Made by a program: the position numbers and the translations under genes
The notes under the pieces: generated by a model
What the model was told of the DNA's origin: nothing
Database searches by the model: none
Seen by the model: only the letters and a program-made list of their open reading frames with translations
From: Candidatus Daviesbacteria bacterium
Lineage (GTDB): Bacteria > Patescibacteriota > Microgenomatia > Daviesbacterales > UBA10151
Direction: 5' to 3'
Assembly: GCA_028715175.1 (NCBI GenBank)
Contig: JAQUSJ010000001.1
Span: forward strand, 212,550-276,549
DNA length: 64,000 bases
Shown: positions 16,918 through 26,631 of the stretch, piece after piece
How positions within the stretch are numbered: the first letter of the stretch is position 1
How the letters are laid out: each line of letters begins with the position of its first letter

Positions 16918-17498
16918 TAAGTTCTCACATAAAAGCAATTTTTATTCCAGGTTACCATGGTGCAGGTGAGGACATTTTATCTTCTAAGCATCAAATGTGG
17001 TTTGCCTGGTTGAAAGAGGGGTTGGAGAAGCTGGGGATGGAAGTCATTGCTAAGGATTATCCTGATGCTTATCTTTGCAGGGCAAATTATTGGCTGCCTT
17101 TTATTAAGGAGCTTGGAGCTGATGAGAACACTATTTTATTTGGTCACTCAACAGGCGCAATTGCAGCTATGAGATTCGCTGAAGAAAATAAAATTTTAGG
17201 GTCAGTTTTGGTTGGAAGCTATTATACTGATTTAGGTGATTCCGAAGAGAAAGCAAGCGGTTATTTTGACAACCCATGGCAATGGGAAAAGATAAAAAAC
17301 AATCAGAAATGGATAATCCAATTTCATTCAACAGATGATCCCTGGATTTCAAATGACGAAGCACACATGGTTCATGAAATGCTTACCAGCGAACTTCATG
17401 AATTCCATAACCAGGGACACTTTGGAGCTGATAGACCAAAAATGGAATTTCCTGAACTTTTAGAAGCTATTAAACAAAAATTCCCAGCCAAACAGTAA
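16914..17498 (+). CDS. RBBP9/YdeN-family alpha/beta hydrolase
   Basis: GHSTG, STDDP and GHF motifs. Confidence 0.9.
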   Translation: MISSHIKAIFIPGYHGAGEDILSSKHQMWFAWLKEGLEKLGMEVIAKDYPDAYLCRANYWLPFIKELGADENTILFGHSTGAIAAMRFAEENKILGSVLVGSYYTDLGDSEEKASGYFDNPWQWEKIKNNQKWIIQFHSTDDPWISNDEAHMVHEMLTSELHEFHNQGHFGADRPKMEFPELLEAIKQKFPAKQ

Positions 17499-17685
17499 TT
17501 TTGTCTATGCTTATTAGCAATTTGTGCACAAACCTGACTTGAGGGGTTACTGGAAACAACCACGTTATTAATATCTTTGCCAAACAGTTACGAATTTTGA
17601 TTTTTCTTCAAGAATCTTGACTCCCCAATCATTAAATCTCCAATAGCCGTATTGGTCTCCCTTTTGAATGATAGCAGTTTTTTCA

Positions 17686-17958
17686 CTAGTTAAAGTTTTT
17701 ATCAGGATTTTCCCAGATAATTACGTCTGTTTCTGTTTTGGTCCACTCTGGATAATCGTTAATGGCATTCTTGCATGCGGTTTGCAGCATGCTGTTATCA
17801 TTTGGGGATTTTGAACTGTTGTTTATGTTAAGCAACCCGTTATTTTGATTAGTTTTTTGTAGGGTGGGAAAAAGCAAAAGACAGCCGATACCAACTACGG
17901 CAATAATTGCAATTACAATCAGGATTGCTATTCCTTTTTGTCGTTGCGAAACATTCAT
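17686..17958 (-). CDS. Hypothetical membrane-anchored protein, possibly truncated
   Basis: N-terminus QKG + hydrophobic helix; short ORF followed by coding-like sequence. Confidence 0.5.
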   Translation of the reverse strand: MNVSQRQKGIAILIVIAIIAVVGIGCLLLFPTLQKTNQNNGLLNINNSSKSPNDNSMLQTACKNAINDYPEWTKTETDVIIWENPDKNFN

Positions 17959-18056
17959 ATTTTTAAGTATAGCATTTTATTATACTGTCTCACTTGCCTA
18001 TCCGAAGCCTTGTGCGGAGGATGGTTTAGCTGCGAGTTGAAGGATATAATGTAAGC

Positions 18057-18311
18057 ATGTATACGGTTTATATCCTAAGAACATCTTTAAATACTTTATA
18101 CATCGGTCAAACAAACAATCTAGAAAAAAGGTTAAAAGAACATCAAAATAAAAGCTCCAAATCAGCTAAATATATTCGTTATTTTCAATCTTCGCAGCTG
18201 GTTTATTCGGAAGAGTACGGGACTAAAATTGAAGCCATGGGTAGAGAATACGAGTTGAAACAGTGGACAAAAGCTAAAAAAGAAGCTTTAATTGCAGGGG
18301 GGATGAGATAA
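18057..18311 (+). CDS. GIY-YIG protein (UPF0213-like)
   Basis: YTVYIL...LYIGQTNNLEKRLKEH...SAKY motif. Confidence 0.9.
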   Translation: MYTVYILRTSLNTLYIGQTNNLEKRLKEHQNKSSKSAKYIRYFQSSQLVYSEEYGTKIEAMGREYELKQWTKAKKEALIAGGMR

Positions 18312-18332
18312 TATTGTAGATGAGGTATTAAT

Positions 18333-19226
18333 ATGAATGGGTATCATGGAGTTTCAACTAATATCAAAGCTTTAAGAATTAGCGCTTTATTAATTCTGAT
18401 TTATTTTGTATTTGAAATTGCCATTGCTTTATCTACTGGTTCATTATCTTTACTTGCAGATGCCGGACATGAACTTTCTACTTTTGTGGCAATTGCAATT
18501 TCTTTACTTGCCATGCAACTTGCTACCCAAAAACCTACTCCCAAAAAAACCTTCGGTCTTTTAAGGATAGAAATTCTGGCTGCATTATTTAATGGTTTAC
18601 TTCTTTTGGGGATGGCCGGATTTATCATTATTCGAGGAATAGACAGATTACAAAATCCAATGGAGGTATCATCTTTGCCAATGTTTATTATGGCTTTTGG
18701 CGGCATTAGTCTTGAAATAGCCTCACTTTGGATTATGTATAAAGGTCAAAAAGAAAACTTGAATATAAGAGGTTCTTTTTGGCATGTAATGAATGCTTTT
18801 TTGGGGAGCGTGGCAGTGATCATTGCTGCAGCCTTTATTCAGTTTGGGCAAATCTATGTAGCTGATGCCTGGGCAGGTATACTTTTTGCCTTTATTCTTA
18901 TTTGGGCGTCTTTTGGAATAATTAAAGACTCATTTTTCATATTGATTGATGTTGCACCCAAAGAAGTTAATCTTATTTCTATAGAAAAGGAACTTTCAAA
19001 AATCCCCGGGGTAAAAAAGGTTCATCATTTTCATGCCAGAACCTTAGTGGGTTCTATAAAGACTTTTAGCGGACATCTGGTTGTTAAAGATATGAATCAA
19101 GCTGGAGGCATTCTTAAAAAAGCCAAACAGATCCTTGATAAAAAACATGGCTTTTCTCTATCAACCGTTCAAATAGAGGATGAAAATCTTTCAGAGACAG
19201 ACATTAAACAGTTAGAATATAAATAA
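18333..19226 (+). CDS. Cation diffusion facilitator transporter (CzcD-like)
   Basis: GSLSLLADAGH, NLNIRGSFWH and TVQIE motifs. Confidence 0.9.
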   Translation: MNGYHGVSTNIKALRISALLILIYFVFEIAIALSTGSLSLLADAGHELSTFVAIAISLLAMQLATQKPTPKKTFGLLRIEILAALFNGLLLLGMAGFIIIRGIDRLQNPMEVSSLPMFIMAFGGISLEIASLWIMYKGQKENLNIRGSFWHVMNAFLGSVAVIIAAAFIQFGQIYVADAWAGILFAFILIWASFGIIKDSFFILIDVAPKEVNLISIEKELSKIPGVKKVHHFHARTLVGSIKTFSGHLVVKDMNQAGGILKKAKQILDKKHGFSLSTVQIEDENLSETDIKQLEYK

Positions 19227-19227
19227 G

Positions 19228-19356
19228 TGTTACAAGTCATACGGATATTCAATCTCAGGATTGGGAATACTTGTCGGCGCTTTTTATGGATTTGTTGAAG
19301 GTTTTGTGTGACTTGGAGCATTTGCCTGGTTGTATAATAAGTTATTAAAGAGGTAA
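19228..19356 (+). pseudogene. Relic C-terminus of a small membrane protein
   Basis: YGYSISGLGILVGAFYGFVEGFV*LGAFAWLYNKLLKR; no start codon and an internal stop. Confidence 0.5.
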
Positions 19357-19363
19357 TCTTTAA

Positions 19364-20218
19364 ATGAATAAAAAACAATCTGTTGCGCTAAGTTCTGTTT
19401 TTGCAAGCATTGCTTTAACTGTGCTTAAGCTTGTTGTCGGGTTGACAACAGGCAGTATGGGAATTTTATCTGAAGCAGCCCACTCTTTTTTGGATTTTGG
19501 AGCAGCGCTGTTGACATTTTTTGCGGTAAGAGTTGGAGATAAAGAAGCTGATGAGAGTCACCATTTCGGTCATGAAAAGATAGAAAGCGTCTCTGCTTTA
19601 ATTGAAACAGGTTTGCTTTTTTTAACCAGCGCCTGGATTATTTATGAAGCAGTAAAAAGGTTGAGCACCGGAAAAGTGGAAATAGAAGTTACCTGGTATG
19701 CCTTTGCGGTAATGGCATTTTCTATAATTGTAGATTACTCCCGTTCACGGGCACTCAAGAAAGTAGCAAAGGAAACAAAAAGCCAGGCTTTGGAGGCAGA
19801 TGCTCTTCATTTTAGCTCGGATATTTTAAGCTCTTTGACGGTAATAGCAGGCTTGATCTTTGTTTGGTTGGGAATTGCCAAAGCTGATGCTATTGCAGCA
19901 ATTGGTGTTTCTTTATTTGTATTGCGCGTCGGGTATAGTTTAGGAAAAAGAACAATAGATGTATTAGTTGATACTGTGCCCTCTGGTTTATCAGAAAGAA
20001 TTATTGATCTTGTTCAACTGGTAGAAGGGGTTATTGCTATTAAACGGATACGCGTCAGACCGGCAGGCATTACTATTTTTATTGATATAACAATTACTGT
20101 AAGCGCTAAATTATCAATAACCAAAGCGCATGCTATTTCTGATAAAATTGAAAATAAAATCAAAAATTCGATTCCGGAGGCAGATATAACAATACATCTG
20201 GAACCTCATAGGTTCTGA
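19364..20218 (+). CDS. Cation diffusion facilitator transporter (FieF-like)
   Basis: SEAAHSFLD, HHFGHEK, ADALHFSSD and IHLEP motifs. Confidence 0.92.
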   Translation: MNKKQSVALSSVFASIALTVLKLVVGLTTGSMGILSEAAHSFLDFGAALLTFFAVRVGDKEADESHHFGHEKIESVSALIETGLLFLTSAWIIYEAVKRLSTGKVEIEVTWYAFAVMAFSIIVDYSRSRALKKVAKETKSQALEADALHFSSDILSSLTVIAGLIFVWLGIAKADAIAAIGVSLFVLRVGYSLGKRTIDVLVDTVPSGLSERIIDLVQLVEGVIAIKRIRVRPAGITIFIDITITVSAKLSITKAHAISDKIENKIKNSIPEADITIHLEPHRF

Positions 20219-20223
20219 AATCC

Positions 20224-21297
20224 TCATTCAGGATAACCGGTTATTAACAGGTTATCGTCAAATTTTTTTAGAGTGATGTTTTTTAAACGGATAGCTTTTT
20301 TTACAGTTTCTACTCCTTTTCCTCCAATACAGGCAGCTTTCCTCCCGCCGATAATAACAGGCGCTTGGAATGTGTATACTTTATCAATTGTTTTTGCATC
20401 AATAAAATTTCCCAAAGTCTCTCCGCCGCCTTCAACCAGGATGCTGATGATTTCTTTTTCTCGCAGCGCAGATAATAGTTTTGGTATTGTAATGTGTTCT
20501 TCGTTAAATGTAAGAATTGTGAAACTTTTACTTTCCAACTTTTTTCTTTTTTGCTGATTTGCTTTTGCGGTGGTGGCAATCATGACATTTGTGTCACGGA
20601 GGACGTCTGCATTCAGGGGAATTTGCAGTTTAGGATCAAGAATTATGCGTATCGGGTTTTTTCTGCCTTTTAATCCGGCTCCAAGGTTAGGGTTATCGGC
20701 AAGGACAGTATTAATACCAATAACCAATCCTTGATATCCGGCTCGCAGTCCCCGGGCAAAACGTCTTGCCTTTTCATTGGTGATCCATTTCGAATCGCCG
20801 GTTTTGGTTGCCATTTTCCCATCTAAGGAAGTAGCAAATTTTATGGCAACAAAAGGGCGTTTTTTTTCATGAAAAGTAAAAAATGCTTCATTTAATTTCC
20901 TGACATCCTGTTCTAGTATCCCAACAGAAGTTTCTATACCCGCTTTTTTTAATTTAACAATACCTTTTCCATGGATTTTTTGGTTGGGGTCAAGACTGGC
21001 GCATACAACTTTTTCGATCCCGCTTTTAATGATAGTGTCTGTACACGGAGGAGTTCTGCCAAAAATCGCGCAAGGCTCCAGACTGACATACATTGTTGCG
21101 CCTTTGGGGTTTTCTGTTGCTGTATTTAACGCTTCAGCTTCTGCATGGGCAAGTCCGACTTTACGGTGAAAGCCTTGCCCAATGACCCGTCCATTTTTAA
21201 CTATGACGGCTCCAACCATTGGGTTGGGATTGGTCCAGCCCAAGCCTTTTTTAGCCAGCCTAAGAGTTTCCTTGAGGAATTTAATATCGTTATTCAT
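20224..21297 (-). CDS. ribD: Riboflavin biosynthesis deaminase/reductase RibD
   Basis: PNPMVGAV, HAE, LEPC...TPPC and LVEGG motifs. Confidence 0.96.
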   Translation of the reverse strand: MNNDIKFLKETLRLAKKGLGWTNPNPMVGAVIVKNGRVIGQGFHRKVGLAHAEAEALNTATENPKGATMYVSLEPCAIFGRTPPCTDTIIKSGIEKVVCASLDPNQKIHGKGIVKLKKAGIETSVGILEQDVRKLNEAFFTFHEKKRPFVAIKFATSLDGKMATKTGDSKWITNEKARRFARGLRAGYQGLVIGINTVLADNPNLGAGLKGRKNPIRIILDPKLQIPLNADVLRDTNVMIATTAKANQQKRKKLESKSFTILTFNEEHITIPKLLSALREKEIISILVEGGGETLGNFIDAKTIDKVYTFQAPVIIGGRKAACIGGKGVETVKKAIRLKNITLKKFDDNLLITGYPE

Positions 21298-21304
21298 GAT
21301 GTTG

Positions 21305-21907
21305 TTAAACTAGTTTTAATTTATGACCGAGTTTATATTTTTTGGTGCGTAGATAGCCAGCATCTATTGGATTAGGAGGAATTTCCAGCGGAATAATTTC
21401 TTTAATAGTTATCCCGAAGTTTTCGATCTGGCTGATCTTATCGGGGTTGTTGGTTAGAAGATTAATCTTACAGATATTAAGGTCTTGTAAAATTTGTGCA
21501 GCTACCTCATATGTGCGGGGATCTGCGGCAAATCCCAACTGTTCATTTGCCTGTACTGTGTCAAAACCTCGCTCCTGCAGGGCATAAGCCTTAATTTTAC
21601 TCCCAAGCCCAATGCTTCTTCCTTCCTGATTTAAATAAATTAAGATGCCGTTTTTGGCTTTACCTATTTTTTTTAAACTTTCTTCCAATTGATCCCGGCA
21701 ATCACACCGCAGGGAGGTAAAAACTTCGCCAGTTAGGCATTGTGAGTGAATTCTGACTAAAGCCGGCTGTTTAATTTTTTGGTTGCTGAGTAAAACCACA
21801 TGTTCCAGATTGTCCTCGAGCGATTTGTAGATTCTGATTTGGAAGATTCCATAAGTCGTGGATAAGGTAGCAGTAGCTATTTTTATAATAGTTTGATTGT
21901 TGTTCAT
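21305..21907 (-). CDS. ribA: GTP cyclohydrolase II (monofunctional)
   Basis: RIHSQCLTG...RCDC, QEGR and LLTNNPDK motifs; no RibB domain. Confidence 0.95.
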   Translation of the reverse strand: MNNNQTIIKIATATLSTTYGIFQIRIYKSLEDNLEHVVLLSNQKIKQPALVRIHSQCLTGEVFTSLRCDCRDQLEESLKKIGKAKNGILIYLNQEGRSIGLGSKIKAYALQERGFDTVQANEQLGFAADPRTYEVAAQILQDLNICKINLLTNNPDKISQIENFGITIKEIIPLEIPPNPIDAGYLRTKKYKLGHKLKLV

Positions 21908-22386
21908 AGGTCTATCTTTGCTAGCGTGTTGATAGTTTCAAGAAGAGCTTTGGCTGCTTCAATTCCTTTATTATATTTGCCCGTACTTCTTTTTTTGGCC
22001 TGTGCCAAGTTGTAGGTGGTGAGAATTTCAAAGATTATGGGAATATCAAACTCCAGGGTAATCTTCATGAGGGCTTTGGCAGACTGGTTGGCCAGGATTT
22101 CAAAGTGGTAAGTTTCCCCTTTGATAATGATGCCAAAGGTAACTATTCCGTCATATATTTTTTTGGCGGCAAGCCGTCTGGTTACAAGTGGAATTTCCCA
22201 GGAACCCGGCACTTCAAATGTAGTGATATTGCTCCCTTTGACACCGCTTTTGATCAGATGGTTTCTGCAGGCATTTTCTAAGCTTTTAGTTAAATCCTGA
22301 TGGTAATTAGCCCTGACAATGGCAATTTTTAAGTTTTGATTATGTTTGCTATATTTAATTGGATTTTTGGATAAATCTTTAATCAT
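21904..22386 (-). CDS. ribH: Lumazine synthase
   Basis: VPGSWEIP, IKGETYHFE and NKGIEAA motifs. Confidence 0.95.
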   Translation of the reverse strand: MIKDLSKNPIKYSKHNQNLKIAIVRANYHQDLTKSLENACRNHLIKSGVKGSNITTFEVPGSWEIPLVTRRLAAKKIYDGIVTFGIIIKGETYHFEILANQSAKALMKITLEFDIPIIFEILTTYNLAQAKKRSTGKYNKGIEAAKALLETINTLAKIDL

Positions 22387-22955
22387 TTTAGCCTCTTTAC
22401 ATACTTTGCCAGAATATCGACTTCAATGTTGACAAAGTCATTTTTTTTGATGGTATGCAGCATGGTGTTGGTCCAGGTATAGGGGATTATTCCAACCGTG
22501 AAATAATTTTTACCTCCCTCTGCGATGGTTAAAGAGATGCCATTAACAGCTACTGAGCCTTTCCTGACCATATATCTGGAAAGTTTGCGGGGAACAGAGA
22601 ATTTTAAGATATGACTGATTCCTTGTTTAGCGATATTAGTTAGTTTGGCTATCCCGTCTGCGTGACCTTGGACAATATGGCCGGATATAAAATCCGCTGG
22701 AGTCAAAGGTAGTTCCAGATTAACCAGGTCGTCTGTTTTAAGATTTTCTAACATTGTTTTATTTAATGTTTCGGGCATAATTTCAACTGAAAACATGCGG
22801 GGAGTTTTTTTTGAAACGGTCAGGCAAACACCGTTGACTGAAACGCTTGTGCCGTTTCTAATTTTTTTACAGAAGTTAAGGTCGGCCGCAAATATAAAAG
22901 TTGCACCTGCTTTTTTCTTAAGTTTTCCTAAATGTGTAATAATTCCTGTAAACAC
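22383..22955 (-). CDS. ribE: Riboflavin synthase
   Basis: (M)FTGII start, VNGVCLTV, GHIVQGH and VNIEVD motifs. Confidence 0.95.
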   Translation of the reverse strand: MFTGIITHLGKLKKKAGATFIFAADLNFCKKIRNGTSVSVNGVCLTVSKKTPRMFSVEIMPETLNKTMLENLKTDDLVNLELPLTPADFISGHIVQGHADGIAKLTNIAKQGISHILKFSVPRKLSRYMVRKGSVAVNGISLTIAEGGKNYFTVGIIPYTWTNTMLHTIKKNDFVNIEVDILAKYVKRLK

Positions 22956-23105
22956 GCACAAAGTATACCATGTCTCCCACAAAAAAACTCGCGCAAAGCG
23001 AGTTTTCTTGAAAAGCTATCTTTCGATAACTTTTAATCTTATATCAAATGGTTTAAGTTTGGTCAAGTAGTACAAAATAGATCAAATCATTGATATAATA
23101 GTTAT

Positions 23106-23558
23106 ATGATTTATCTTGCTACAGATCATGCAGGTTTTGAGTTAAAAGAAAAGATTAAAGAATTCTTAAAAAAAGCAGGATATGAAGTAGAAGATTTTGG
23201 TGCAAATACGTTTGATCCGGAGGATGATTATCCTGATTTTATTTCTAAAGCTGCAGAGGCCGTATCAAAAAATCCAAGTAGCAGGGCTATAATTTTGGGG
23301 GGTTCAGGACAAGGAGAGGCAATGGTTGCCAATAAATTTCCAAATGTCAGAGCGGCAGTATATTATGGATCCGCAGAGCAAATACCTGGCTTAACCCGTC
23401 AGCACAACGATTCTAATGTTTTGTCCCTGGGGGCGAGATTCTTAAAAGAGGATACGGCAATTGAGGCTGTTAAATTATTTTTACAAACCCCGTTTTCAAA
23501 TGAAGAACGGCACACCAGACGAATTGAGAAGATTAAAAAGATAGAAGAGAAACCTTAA
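23106..23558 (+). CDS. rpiB: Ribose-5-phosphate isomerase B
   Basis: DHAGFELK, DDYPD, GGSGQG and HNDSNVL motifs. Confidence 0.93.
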   Translation: MIYLATDHAGFELKEKIKEFLKKAGYEVEDFGANTFDPEDDYPDFISKAAEAVSKNPSSRAIILGGSGQGEAMVANKFPNVRAAVYYGSAEQIPGLTRQHNDSNVLSLGARFLKEDTAIEAVKLFLQTPFSNEERHTRRIEKIKKIEEKP

Positions 23559-24206
23559 ATGGTGCAAATTATTCCTGCGATACTGGATACAACCCCCGAA
23601 GATTTTAAGAAGCATGTTGAACAGCTTAAACATTCCGTATCTTTTCAGGAAGGTTGGGTACATATTGACTTTGAGGATAATGAATTTGTTCAAAATAAGA
23701 CAGTTGACATTACTACAGTTATCAAAACCCCCATTTCCCTTAACAAAGAAGCGCATTTAATGGTTGTTCATCCTTTGCAGTGGATAGACAAGTTAAAAGA
23801 AGCTTCCTTTAAGAGAGTTATTTTTCACTTTGAATCAAAGGATGATATTTTGGAATGTATCAGTAAGATAAAACAGTTAGAGATGGAAGCTGGAATTGCT
23901 TTAAATATTGATACTCCGGTTGAGAGCTTAGAGCCATTTAAAGACAAACTTGATTCAGTACTCGTAATGTCAGTTGTTCCAGGATTTCAAGGTCAGCCGT
24001 TCCTGCCGGAAGCGCTTGATAAAATTAAGGCTTTAAAAAAATTGAATTGGTCTGGTAGAATTGCAGTTGACGGGGCAGTCAGAGACAGCAATGCCAAGCA
24101 AATCATTGAGGCAGGTGCGGACCAGCTGATAATTGGCTCCTATCTTTTAAAAGGGGATATTGATGAAAACCTGGAAAACTTGTGGGAGGTTATTTTAGAT
24201 GAGTAA
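23559..24206 (+). CDS. rpe: Ribulose-phosphate 3-epimerase
   Basis: HID, EAHLMV, MSVVPGFQGQ and VDG motifs. Confidence 0.9.
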   Translation: MVQIIPAILDTTPEDFKKHVEQLKHSVSFQEGWVHIDFEDNEFVQNKTVDITTVIKTPISLNKEAHLMVVHPLQWIDKLKEASFKRVIFHFESKDDILECISKIKQLEMEAGIALNIDTPVESLEPFKDKLDSVLVMSVVPGFQGQPFLPEALDKIKALKKLNWSGRIAVDGAVRDSNAKQIIEAGADQLIIGSYLLKGDIDENLENLWEVILDE

Positions 24207-24828
24207 CGGAATACCTAAAGCTGAATCTATAAATCAGATTGCTATTTTTGGCTCTTCTCATATTGATGAGAACAATGCATTATTTAAAGAAGCTTTTGAA
24301 GTCTGCGAAAAGTTGGCAGAAGCTGGATATGTCATAGTTAACGGAGGCGGACCGGGAGTGATGAGAGCGGCAAGCATGGGAGCTAAGGCTGCAGCATGTA
24401 AAGTGATTGGGGTGACTTTTCAGGCGGATCCGAAGATGCATTTTGAAGGAAGAGATCCTTTTAATAGGGTGGATATAGAGATCAAAACAAAAAATTACGT
24501 CGAAAGAACACTGACGCTTTTAAAGGAAGGACAAGTTTATGTAATTTTTAATGGGGGAACAGGGACTATTTCCGAATTTGGCATGGCTTGGGGTTTGGCT
24601 AAACTTTATTTTGGTCATCATAAACCACTAGTTCTGTATGGAAAATTTTGGGAAAATATTATCCAGGTATTTAAGGATAATATGATTCTGCGGCCGGAAG
24701 AGCTGGAAGTTTATAAAATTGTTGACAGCCCGGATGCAGTTCTACAAGCAATATTGGATTTTGAAAATGAATTAAAACAGGGGCAACACTTGTACGTTAA
24801 AGCGATAACCGACGATTTTAGTATATGA
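24199..24828 (+). CDS. LOG-family nucleotide phosphoribohydrolase
   Basis: NGGGPGVM and GGTGTISE motifs. Confidence 0.85.
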   Translation: MSNGIPKAESINQIAIFGSSHIDENNALFKEAFEVCEKLAEAGYVIVNGGGPGVMRAASMGAKAAACKVIGVTFQADPKMHFEGRDPFNRVDIEIKTKNYVERTLTLLKEGQVYVIFNGGTGTISEFGMAWGLAKLYFGHHKPLVLYGKFWENIIQVFKDNMILRPEELEVYKIVDSPDAVLQAILDFENELKQGQHLYVKAITDDFSI

Positions 24829-25643
24829 ATATTCATAAATTAGAGGAAACAGCCAATCTAATCCGCCAGGATATTATCAAAATGTTACTTGAGGCCGGAT
24901 CAGGGCATACGGCCGGGTCTTTGGGGATGACTGATATCTTTGCCGCACTCTATTTTCATATTTTAAACTATGATCCGGCAAAACCAGGCTGGAGCGGACG
25001 CGACAGATTAGTTTTGTCCAACGGCCACATCTGTCCAGTGTTATATGCCAGTATGGCTCGTGCGGGCTATTTTCCCGCCTCAGAACTTAAGACGCTGCGC
25101 AAGTTGGGCAGCAGATTACAAGGTCATCCCCATCGGACTTCTTTACCCGGGATTGAAACAACCTCCGGACCCTTAGGTTCTGGCTTGTCGCAGGCTGCGG
25201 GTTTGGCTTTAGCCGGACGCATGGATAAGGCCAGCTGGCGGGTGATTTGTTTAACATCAGACGGGGAGCATGATGAGGGCAATACCTGGGAAGCAGTGAT
25301 GTTCGCCGGTAAAAATAAGCTGCATAATTTAACAGCTGTAATCGATAGAAATAATATTCAAATTGACGGATTTACGGAAGATGTTATGCCGCTTGATAGT
25401 TTACGGGCAAAATATGAAGCTTTTAACTGGCATGTTATTGAGATTGACGGACATAATATGCAGGAAATTATTAATTCTTTTAACAAAGCTAAGACGATTT
25501 TGGAAAAACCGACGGTAATAATTGCCCATACGATTCCCGGGAAAGGGGTAAGTTTTATGGAAGGAAAATACGAATGGCATGGAAAATCGCCTAATAAAGA
25601 GGAGACTAAAAGGGCTTTGGCAGAGCTTAAAAATCATGATTAA
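24825..25643 (+). CDS. Transketolase, N-terminal subunit
   Basis: RDRLVLSNGH, QGHP and SDGE...EA TPP-binding motif. Confidence 0.93.
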   Translation: MNIHKLEETANLIRQDIIKMLLEAGSGHTAGSLGMTDIFAALYFHILNYDPAKPGWSGRDRLVLSNGHICPVLYASMARAGYFPASELKTLRKLGSRLQGHPHRTSLPGIETTSGPLGSGLSQAAGLALAGRMDKASWRVICLTSDGEHDEGNTWEAVMFAGKNKLHNLTAVIDRNNIQIDGFTEDVMPLDSLRAKYEAFNWHVIEIDGHNMQEIINSFNKAKTILEKPTVIIAHTIPGKGVSFMEGKYEWHGKSPNKEETKRALAELKNHD

Positions 25644-26625
25644 TCCAAAAGCATATTTGAACCCGAAATTATTTGATCCCGGTGTTGAACAGGCGCCGAC
25701 CCGGAATGGTTATGGCGAAGGTTTAGTTTTAGCAGGGGAAGAAGATGAACAGGTAGTGGCGCTTTGCGCAGACTTAACCGAATCTACAAAGGCCAAAGCT
25801 TTTGCCGAAAAATTTCCGCAAAGGTTTATTGAGGTGGGGGTAGCTGAGCAAAATTTAGTGACAGTTGCAGCCGGTATGGCTCTTTTGGGAAAAATTCCTT
25901 TTGCTTCATCTTTTGCTACTTTTTCGCCGGGCAGGAACTGGGAGCAAATCAGAACAACTGTTTGTTATAACGACGTGCCGGTTAAAATTGTCGGTTCTCA
26001 TGTCGGTGTCAGTGTTGGGCCTGACGGAGCAACACATCAAGCTTTGGAAGATATAGCCATGATGCGGAGTTTGCCTAATATGATAGTAATTTCCCCGGCA
26101 GATGCAATTGAAGCTAAAAAAGCCACGCTGGCTATGGCCAAGCTGTCTAAGCCTTGTTATCTCAGGTTGTCCAGAGATAAAACACCTGTTGTAACTACGG
26201 AGCAAACCCCTTTTAAGATAGGGAAGGCAGAAATTTTCTATGAGGGAGATGACGTGGCAGTGATTGCCACCGGGCCGATGGTTTATAGGGCTTTGCTGGC
26301 TGCTAAAGAACTACAGTTGCGCAAAATATCTGTTCGAGTAATAAATTGCCACACTATCAAACCTTTAGATAAGCAGTTAGTGATAAATGCAGCTAAAGAT
26401 TGCGGAGCAATAGTTACAGCAGAAGAACATCAGGTTACAGGCGGTTTGGGAGGTGCGGTTGCGGAAGTCATTTCGCAAAATTTTCCCGTGCCTTTAAAAA
26501 TTATCGGCGTTGAAGACAGATTTGGAGAATCAGGTGAATCAGAGGAACTGTTTACAAAATTCGGCTTAACAAAGGAAGCAATTATGAAAGCTATCACTCA
26601 TATTTTACGAGTGAAAGAAAGGTGA
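25636..26625 (+). CDS. Transketolase, C-terminal subunit
   Basis: GVAEQN, GPDGATHQ and EEH..GGLG motifs. Confidence 0.93.
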   Translation: MINPKAYLNPKLFDPGVEQAPTRNGYGEGLVLAGEEDEQVVALCADLTESTKAKAFAEKFPQRFIEVGVAEQNLVTVAAGMALLGKIPFASSFATFSPGRNWEQIRTTVCYNDVPVKIVGSHVGVSVGPDGATHQALEDIAMMRSLPNMIVISPADAIEAKKATLAMAKLSKPCYLRLSRDKTPVVTTEQTPFKIGKAEIFYEGDDVAVIATGPMVYRALLAAKELQLRKISVRVINCHTIKPLDKQLVINAAKDCGAIVTAEEHQVTGGLGGAVAEVISQNFPVPLKIIGVEDRFGESGESEELFTKFGLTKEAIMKAITHILRVKER

Positions 26626-26631
26626 GATGAC

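Noticed and set aside
19309-19311. In-frame TGA as evidence for genetic code 25
   Set aside because: TGA ends many intact genes here (secF, aspS, copA), so it is a stop codon.
22956-23105. FMN riboswitch upstream of the rib operon
   Set aside because: The conserved FMN aptamer motifs are absent and the region is short and AT-rich.
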